Positions 57,612-63,556 of a stretch of 63,556 bases of DNA are shown here, piece after piece. The position numbers and the translations under genes are program-made. The notes below the pieces were generated by a model, which saw only the letters and a list, made by a program, of their open reading frames with translations, was not told the origin of the DNA and did no database searches. The stretch's first letter is position 1, and each line of letters begins with the position of its first letter. The DNA is from Candidatus Uhrbacteria bacterium RIFOXYC2_FULL_47_19 (GTDB taxonomy: Bacteria; Patescibacteriota; Patescibacteriia; SG8-24), in assembly GCA_001791745.1 (NCBI GenBank), contig MGFG01000009.1:5175-68730 (forward strand). The letters are read 5' to 3'.

Positions 57612-58034
57612 CTCCTGGGTCCCGGATACTGTTCGACTCGCTACGCTCGCTCACAGTTCCGGGACGACAAGGTTTTATTTGTCATCTCGAAACCGCAACC
57701 TTTCTTAATTTGTCATCCTTACTTTTTATTTTGTCATCCCGGAAATTGCGAGCCTTTCCAGCTGTCATCCCGGAAGGCCGAGAGGAGCGAGGTCTATCCG
57801 GGATCCAGAAGCCGATCGTTTTACTCCTGGGTCCCGGATACTGTTCGACTCGCTACGCTCGCTCACAGTTCCGGGACGACAAAGTTTTATTTGTCATCTC
57901 GAAACCGCAACCTTTCTTAATTTGTCATCTCGAAACCGCAACCTTTCTTATTTTGTCATCCCGGAAATTGCGAGCCTTTCCAGCTGTCATCCCGGAAGGC
58001 CGAGAGGAGCGAGGTCTATCCGGGATCCAGAATC
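57612..58034 (+). repeat. second locus of the nested-palindrome repeat family (two 212-bp super-units of modules A-D-(D)-C-B)
   Basis: CTCCTGGGTCCCGGATACTG occurs at 57612 and 57824. Extra modules are TTTGTCATCTCGAAACCGCAACCTTTCTTA (x3) and TTGTCATCCCGGAAATTGCGAGCCTTTCCAGC (x2). Confidence 0.9.
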
Positions 58035-58053
58035 CACATCTTCAACAAAACCA

Positions 58054-58090
58054 AAACCCCGGAAGTTGATTCCGGGGTCTGTCTTTTGGT
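58054..58090. terminator. bidirectional terminator (serves rplS on the minus strand)
   Basis: ACCCCGGAA gttgat TTCCGGGGT with T-rich tracts on both sides. Confidence 0.7.
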
Positions 58091-58109
58091 CAAATCATGT
58101 TTTGTGAAG

Positions 58110-58643
58110 CTACTTCTTGCCGATCAGGATTTCTTTGAGACGCTTCTTGTACTTGCCGCGCAGGAAGTAGAGTTTAGAGCGACGAACACGTACTTGCTTA
58201 ATCACTTCGATCTTTTCGATCGCTGGCATAGCCAAGGGGAAGATACGCTCTACACCAAAACCTTTCGAAACTTTGCGAACTGTAATAGTGGCACTGATTC
58301 GGTTATGGCCTTTTTTACCAATAACTAATCCTTCGAAAACCTGGATACGCTCGCGTTCATCACCACGTGGTGTAACGTCCTTAATCTTGAGGTGAACTCG
58401 GACTGTCATTCCGGGAACTATCTTTTGGGCCGATTCTTCCAGCTTGATTTCTTCGGCTGCAGTCTCCTCGGCTGGAGTTTCTTCGGTCTCAGTTGGGGCC
58501 TCTTCTTCGGTCTCAGTTGGTGCTTCCTCGGCCAGGGTTTCTTTTACCCCGGTTTGTGGCTGTATCTCAACTTCGATCGGAGTCTCTTCGATCGGTGTCG
58601 TCTCTGTTGTCTCTTCGGTAGTCTTGTTGTCTTCTTCGGCCAT
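58110..58643 (-). CDS. rplS: ribosomal protein L19 with an acidic repeat-containing N-terminal extension
   Basis: C-terminal ~115 aa match L19 ([22 protein letters not shown]...TVRK...[16 protein letters not shown]). The N-terminal ~65 aa are E/T/P-rich with EEAPTETEE repeated. ATG 58643 chosen. Confidence 0.85.
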   Translation of the reverse strand: MAEEDNKTTEETTETTPIEETPIEVEIQPQTGVKETLAEEAPTETEEEAPTETEETPAEETAAEEIKLEESAQKIVPGMTVRVHLKIKDVTPRGDERERIQVFEGLVIGKKGHNRISATITVRKVSKGFGVERIFPLAMPAIEKIEVIKQVRVRRSKLYFLRGKYKKRLKEILIGKK

Positions 58644-58838
58644 ATTTAGCTCAGTTGACGTTTTTTTTGAAGTCGATAACACTCGATTTTAGACGGAATG
58701 TTTTTCAGAACGAACCTAGCATACACGGCGTCACGACTCAAGTCAAGTAGTCTTGGATCAAAAAAATGAAGGTAGGACTTAGGTTTCTTTTTTGCACAAC
58801 CGAGATAAAAGTTGCAATTCAGTCAGTCGCTCAAGACC

Positions 58839-59792
58839 CTACAGACTAACATTGTCGCGTTTTCGTAGTCCGGCAAGAAAAGTTTCGAGTTCTTTTGGTA
58901 GTGGTGCATTGAACTCTAGCCTTTGTCCGTCTTTAGGGTGGTGAATCGCTAGGCGGCGGGCATGCAAAAAGAGTCGACCAATGGACAAGGGAGACTTACT
59001 CGGACCGTAAAGCTTATCGCCGGCTACTGGGCAACCGATCGACTTGAGATGAGTTCTAATTTGATGAGTACGTCCGGTTTCGGTTTGGACTGCCAGCAGT
59101 GCCGCCCCCGGCAGATATTCCTCGACCGAATAGTGAGTTACAGCTGGACGATCGCCTTCAATTGGTTGGCTACGCGCGGCCATTCGTCGCTCACTAGTCG
59201 AACGGCCAATTGGTAGATCAATTGTCCCTTCGTCATGCGGTGGCCTACCGATAGCTAGCACGGCATACTCTTTTTCTACGTCGTGAGTCTGAAAACTCTT
59301 CTTTAATGATTCGTAGGCTTGGTTAGTTTTGGCCACGACCATTAAACCCGAGGCATCTTTGTCGAGTCGATGCATAATACCTGGTCGTTCTGGGCTTTCA
59401 CCTATTTTTTCAATCGGTGGGTAGTGAGCTAGAAGAGCATTCGCTAGGGTGTCCTGTTCATTACGAACCGTGGCATGAACTAACAGACCTGACGGCTTGT
59501 TGATTACAATCAAGTCGTCATCTTCGTAGATGATTTCAAATTTAATGTCTGGACGAGGTAGTAATACAAATGGTGCATCATTGGCAGTCAGTGCTTCGTC
59601 AGAAAAAGTGATCAGATCTCCGACACGTAGTGCTTCATGTGGTGATTTGGCTGGACGTCCGTTTAATTGAACCAGATCATGTTTGATCACCTTTTGTATT
59701 GCGGAGCGTGAAATCGAACCATCTCTTTCAGTCAGAAAAACATCGAGCCTTTTGCCCACGTCTTTTTCTTCAATTGTAATTTGGGTTTCCAT
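58839..59792 (-). CDS. RluA-family pseudouridine synthase (RluD-like, with N-terminal S4 domain)
   Basis: HRLDKDASGLMVVAK catalytic motif, KEYAVLA, GRTHQIRTHL. ATG 59792 (METQITIEEK) chosen. Confidence 0.88.
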   Translation of the reverse strand: METQITIEEKDVGKRLDVFLTERDGSISRSAIQKVIKHDLVQLNGRPAKSPHEALRVGDLITFSDEALTANDAPFVLLPRPDIKFEIIYEDDDLIVINKPSGLLVHATVRNEQDTLANALLAHYPPIEKIGESPERPGIMHRLDKDASGLMVVAKTNQAYESLKKSFQTHDVEKEYAVLAIGRPPHDEGTIDLPIGRSTSERRMAARSQPIEGDRPAVTHYSVEEYLPGAALLAVQTETGRTHQIRTHLKSIGCPVAGDKLYGPSKSPLSIGRLFLHARRLAIHHPKDGQRLEFNAPLPKELETFLAGLRKRDNVSL

Positions 59793-59915
59793 AATTGGTG
59801 GGTTTTTCGTAATTATACGGCCTGCAGTTGGTTTTAGGATAATGCTGTCTTTGAAAATATGAGAAAAGAAACGGGGCACTCGGCCCCAAGATTCACTCGT
59901 CGTAAGTAAGTCGGT

Positions 59916-60425
59916 TCAGCAGTAGCGTGCTGTCGGCGATGGTCGGACTTGAGTGCCGACCTTACCGTCGTTTCGCCGGCGGTCTTCCCGGGCTCTTCTT
60001 TCCTGGGGACGTGTTGTGGCCCTAGCCCGAAGACCGTCCTTGAGCCGGCGTCTTCTTTTCTTCTTACTGCGGCCGAAGAAAGGTACGTCGTTCTCATCGG
60101 CCAATTGTTCGACGAAGTCTGGTGGATCAGTCTTTTCGCTGATAACTCCCTCGTCGTCTGTCTGAGCCAGTGAACAGCCACAGTTTCGGCAGCTGTTACT
60201 ACTTATGGCATGACGACCACAGTAGGCGGCTTGGAAGTAGGTCTCGCAGCCACAAATTTTGGCTGGTACAAGATCGTTCTGTCTGATCATTTTGTCCTGA
60301 CAGTTCAGGCAGAGCAGTGGATCCACCGGAGATTGAGGTGAAACAGCACTAACTCGTTGCAGTTTCTTGGTCGCAGGGGTTCTTTTTGTAGAGTCTATGG
60401 GACACCTCCTTTGGCCATGGAACAT
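59916..60425 (-). CDS. Cys-rich (zinc-ribbon-like) protein with a basic C-terminal tail, hypothetical
   Basis: ATG preceded by AAGGTGTAAACTG. Contains CLNC...CGC...C...CRNCGC and a KKKRRRR tail. 169 aa. Confidence 0.5.
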   Translation of the reverse strand: MFHGQRRCPIDSTKRTPATKKLQRVSAVSPQSPVDPLLCLNCQDKMIRQNDLVPAKICGCETYFQAAYCGRHAISSNSCRNCGCSLAQTDDEGVISEKTDPPDFVEQLADENDVPFFGRSKKKRRRRLKDGLRARATTRPQERRAREDRRRNDGKVGTQVRPSPTARYC

Positions 60426-60528
60426 CAGTTTACACCTTAAGTCAAGGATGGAAATGGTTCTATTGTATTAGGATGAGTTTGAATTTTTTGTGATTGCCGA
60501 ATTGTTACTTCAGAGGTTTTTTATGAAT

Positions 60529-60647
60529 AAAAAAACGAGGGATCAGTTTTTTGTGAACCGTTCCCTCGAAAGCAAGGTCCTGCCGCCCGTCGGGAGCATT
60601 TTTGCGTCAGGAGTCTCTGATTTAGAGACTGATCATGATGTGCCTCC
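60529..60647 (-). promoter_or_regulatory. attenuator-like leader: SD plus 4-codon mini-ORF, hairpins and an intrinsic terminator upstream of the Cys-rich gene
   Basis: Minus strand reads GGAGGCACATC-ATG ATC AGT CTC TAA (60636-60622). Then hairpin AGTCTCT/AGAGACT, then CGAGGGA(N19)TCCCTCG followed by TTTTTTT (60568-60529). Confidence 0.35.
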
Positions 60648-61131
60648 TTTTTTGAGGGCCTCCTCCTGTAAACGTTAGTGTGACACAAAAAGGACTTTGA
60701 TCAATCGTCATTTGTTAACAGTTGGAATGTTTCTGTTGACAAACGGTGGAGAAAATAAACCGTCTACATTGGACGGTTTAATGATATTTTTTTGGTCATC
60801 ATTTGGTGTGGTTTGATGTTTATGTTTGTAGTTGATGTGTTTAGGGGACACTTCCCCCCAAGTGGGTTGTTAGATGTTTTTGTTGTCAGTTGTTTTGGTG
60901 GGGTTTCTTTTGTGGCCCAAGAAGTAGCTCAGATATATGTTCATTGGTTGTCTCGGCCGGTCTAATAAAGAATTAATTCATTGTCTAGATTTATTTCACT
61001 ATATTGATCTTTTTTGGCTTAAGTTGATCTATTTCTAGGTCTCGACTTGTTAAAAATAATAATTTGTATTTTATATATTTCAGACTTTTTAGCTATTTAA
61101 AGGCCAGAATCCCACCTATATCCAACGAGAC

Positions 61132-61160
61132 TTGACAGATTTTTAAAAATCTGCTAAGGT
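61132..61160 (+). promoter_or_regulatory. extended -10 sigma70-like promoter
   Basis: TTGACA (61132-61137), 17-nt spacer ending in TGC, then TAAGGT (61155-61160). Strongly AT-rich DNA lies upstream. Confidence 0.5.
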
Positions 61161-61576
61161 CCGTCGTCGGGTGATCAAGGGTATCACCGACCGGGCGGTT
61201 TCAGCTCGAATAATCGGTCGATTTGAACGGTACGAGTATTGTCATTCTACCTTTGCCTCTTGGTCCCGAAATCATTTTCCCGTTTTTTATAGGGAGCCTC
61301 GGACCATGGTATGGATGGAGGATGGGTGATGGTCGCGAGTCGTTCGAAAGAAGCAGGGCTTTAAGCCCTGCTTCAGGGTTGGACTGTCCGGTCCAGGTCT
61401 GAAGCAGGGTTTAGGCTCAAAATTAGTCCACTCTCTTGTGTAGGGTCTCGCATTCTGTCCTCCTGCCGGAGGCGCTGAACCGGAAGTCGGTCGGCGTCCG
61501 CGGTGGGAGTAGCACAGTTTGGATCATTGGGCGGGCGCGATAAAGGTCGGGCCGTCCGAGAAAGAAAGGAGTCGTT

Positions 61577-61738
61577 ATGCATGACGACTGTTTGACCCAG
61601 GAAGTCAAAACGTACTTGTCAGCGGCTGGTGGGCCCACCTATCGTGGTGTGCTTGATCTCAGAGTGGGTCGGATTGAGTCCGGCTTGCAAGGTTTTCTCG
61701 TAGTGGGCGGGAGGCACTGGAGTTGCTTCCCTAACTGA
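61577..61738 (+). CDS. small ORF (53 aa) with a strong RBS inside an otherwise non-coding transcription unit
   Basis: AAGGAG, 6 nt, then ATG. Translation: MHDDCLTQEVKTYLSAAGGPTYRGVLDLRVGRIESGLQGFLVVGGRHWSCFPN*. Below the track's 60-aa cutoff. Confidence 0.4.
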   Translation: MHDDCLTQEVKTYLSAAGGPTYRGVLDLRVGRIESGLQGFLVVGGRHWSCFPN

Positions 61739-61882
61739 AAGACTTAATGATCGAGAGTCTGAAATAGTGTTGGAGTGATGGACTCTCCGAGGAAGATCTT
61801 ATAATTTTTAACAATGAAGGGGAGGAGGATCTCGACGAGGACGATGATTGATAGTGTCGTCGTCGAGCGATCACGCTAAAGA

Positions 61883-61908
61883 CCGTCCTTTTTGGGGCGG
61901 CCTTTTTT
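61883..61908 (+). terminator. rho-independent terminator
   Basis: CCGTCC tttttg GGGCGG (one G-U), then CC TTTTTT. Confidence 0.55.
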
Positions 61909-61922
61909 ATCTCTTCGAACTA

Positions 61923-62231
61923 TTAATTTCTGCCGGACAGGCGGATGACCACCTCGGGATCGTCGTTCGATGAGGTGCGGTTTCGGCGTTCGTGGCCGCA
62001 GATGATGCAGCGGTGCAGGATAGTCGTCTCGCCGCCGTTTTTGATCTCCAGTCCAATCGGCTCCATTAGTCCGCCACAGTTGGCTAATCGGTCGCCGGGA
62101 TTTACGTCTACATGTCGGCTCCAAAGACAGCTCGGGCAGTGATTAGTGTAGCCGTCGCCACGGACAAAAATTCCGCATCTAGCGCAGGTGAAGTCTTCTT
62201 TAGTACGTTGGAATTTTTTTGAGAGAAGCAT
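61923..62231 (-). CDS. RNHCP-domain zinc-binding protein
   Basis: FTCARCGIFV...GYTNHCPSCLWSRHVDVNPGDRLANCGGLMEP...RCIICGH matches the RNHCP domain pattern. ATG 62231 chosen. Confidence 0.7.
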   Translation of the reverse strand: MLLSKKFQRTKEDFTCARCGIFVRGDGYTNHCPSCLWSRHVDVNPGDRLANCGGLMEPIGLEIKNGGETTILHRCIICGHERRNRTSSNDDPEVVIRLSGRN

Positions 62232-62373
62232 GTATTTTTGTTGAGTGGCATTATTATATATTTTTGTCTTTGGTGGTTTCAATCGAGTTTCTTTTGTCTT
62301 TTTTAAGATGATTCGAACATATGTCTGTTGTTCGGTCTGGTCAACATAGAAATAATCCGTCGATCTAGTTCGT

Positions 62374-62811
62374 TCAATTTCGCTGGTCGTATCTTTGTCT
62401 GAGTTCAGATTTAAAGTTATCTATTTGTTGTCGTTTGAATTCAAGGGCACTCATTAGTCGATCTACCTTTTCTAACGCTGATTCGATTTTTGAGTCGAAA
62501 TTGGTTTCCCCTTCCTTAAGGAAGGCCGGTTCGAACAATGCAACAGCGGCATTTTTCTGTATTGCCGTTTTTAGCTCTTTCCCTAGATGTATACTGAATG
62601 ATTCACATTTATGTTGAATTTCATATTCTGTAAGGCCGATCAGTAAATCAATGTCTAGAGGTCTGCGACCCAGTTCAATAACCGCATCCAGTTCATCTTT
62701 TATTTTGTCATAATTTTTATTGCCATAACGTCTCCTAACGTATAGTGGGTAGATGCCGGTATTGGGTTGGTTCCATTGGGTAGGCAAAGGCATGCGTGTA
62801 GTCGATGGCAT
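62374..62811 (-). CDS. hypothetical protein (145 aa), possibly the 3' part of a frameshifted gene
   Basis: The ORF overlaps the upstream ORF by 77 nt in another frame. Helical, charged composition. Confidence 0.4.
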   Translation of the reverse strand: MPSTTRMPLPTQWNQPNTGIYPLYVRRRYGNKNYDKIKDELDAVIELGRRPLDIDLLIGLTEYEIQHKCESFSIHLGKELKTAIQKNAAVALFEPAFLKEGETNFDSKIESALEKVDRLMSALEFKRQQIDNFKSELRQRYDQRN

Positions 62812-63082
62812 TCAGGCCAAGTAAGTCGGCCATGAGCAGACCATTCTTTAACCCCTCAACCGACCTGATGAATTGGCGCATTATTTGTTCGCGTTTTTCC
62901 TCGATGGTTTTAGTCAGATTTTCGTTAACCCTGTCATCTTGACCTATTTCGTCGAGGAACGTGACCAGCTTATTAATCTCGTTGCCCGCCGTTGACCAGT
63001 CGTAAATCAGATCCATGAACTTTTCTTCTAGCTCATTGTGTTTGTTGTCTTCTCTCGAATCAAATCTTTTTTCCCAGTTCAC
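62735..63082 (-). CDS. hypothetical protein (115 aa, GTG start in the track), possibly the 5' part of a frameshifted gene
   Basis: Open frame extends upstream to a TGA at ~63200 with no ATG. Same composition as the downstream ORF. Confidence 0.35.
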   Translation of the reverse strand: MNWEKRFDSREDNKHNELEEKFMDLIYDWSTAGNEINKLVTFLDEIGQDDRVNENLTKTIEEKREQIMRQFIRSVEGLKNGLLMADLLGLNAIDYTHAFAYPMEPTQYRHLPTIR

Positions 63083-63322
63083 TAGTATGAACCTCCAGTT
63101 TATCTCGGCTGTTTTTAGATTGGCCAGAAGTTCTCCTTTTAGATCGTTAACCAGTTGTTTCGGATCTAACTTGTCGATTCGTGTTTCAAATAGAAATTTT
63201 GGATCCCATTTTCAGTCGTTGCTCTAGCAGTATCCGGTCCGAATCCTAGGTCTTTTAGAGCTCGAATTAGTCTGAAACTTTTCTGCTCTTGCGGAGAATA
63301 TATTTCAATTCTTCTTATGAAT

Positions 63323-63556
63323 CTGTCATCCCGGAAATTGCGAGCCTTTCTATTTTGTCATCCCGGAAATTGCGAGTCTTCCCAGCTGTCATCCCGGAAG
63401 GCCGAGCGGAGCGAGGTCTATCCGGGATCCAGAAGCTAACCCCAATCTTTTTTGCCTCTGGGTCCCGGATAGCCGCTGTCGCGACTTCCGGGACGACAGA
63501 AGGAATAATGTTCAGTTCGCAGTTCCGGGACGACAACATTCTTTTGTTATCTCAAT
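63323..63556 (+). repeat. third locus of the nested-palindrome repeat family (modules C-C-B-A'), running to the window edge
   Basis: TGTCATCCCGGAAATTGCGAG occurs twice. Then TGTCATCCCGGAAGGCCGAGCGGAGCGAGGTCTATCCGGGATCCAGAAG, then CTGGGTCCCGGATAGCC...TTCCGGGACGACA twice. Confidence 0.9.

Overview
This 63.6 kb window looks like a small, gene-dense bacterial genome of moderate GC. I can support about 50 protein genes, the 3' 2.3 kb of a 23S rRNA, a 5S rRNA, three tRNAs (Ala-TGC, Arg-CCG, Leu-CAG) and RNase P RNA. Housekeeping content includes a pentose-phosphate/glycolysis block (pfkB-family kinase, fba, split transketolase, rpe, rpiB). It also includes ileS, ruvA, a FemAB-family gene, trpS, RNase J, secG, uvrA, rplS and an RluA-family pseudouridine synthase. 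A cell-envelope block carries a polyprenyl-phosphate sugar transferase, three GT4 glycosyltransferases, a DUF4012-like protein and a DUF11-like surface protein. The gene repertoire suggests a CPR/Patescibacteria-type organism, possibly Saccharibacteria-like. The supporting genes are EndoQ, split tkt, FemAB, DUF4012, a VirB2/TrbC-like 'pilin' with a Cys-rich tail, and N-terminally extended L19 and RNase J. That assignment is inference only. The most unusual observations are these. (1) A complete histidine-phosphatase (PGAM-like) domain is inserted in frame inside isoleucyl-tRNA synthetase. (2) A compact operon encodes an N-terminally extended cysteine-desulfurase-like protein plus two paralogous radical-SAM-fold proteins, one lacking the canonical cluster motif; it fits no sulfur-insertion pathway I know. 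(3) Three short, visibly high-GC insertions sit in moderate-GC DNA. Two lie just downstream of tRNA 3' ends, and one of those is bracketed by a 73-bp direct repeat containing the tRNA-Leu 3' end. (4) A modular, nested-palindrome repeat family occupies three intergenic loci. (5) A roughly 750-nt promoter-to-terminator unit is mostly non-coding and holds one 53-codon ORF with a strong ribosome-binding site (RBS). (6) Two otherwise intact conserved genes, a NUDIX and a HiPIP-like gene, each carry a single in-frame stop at a conserved position. All family calls come from motifs read by eye; no database searches were run.
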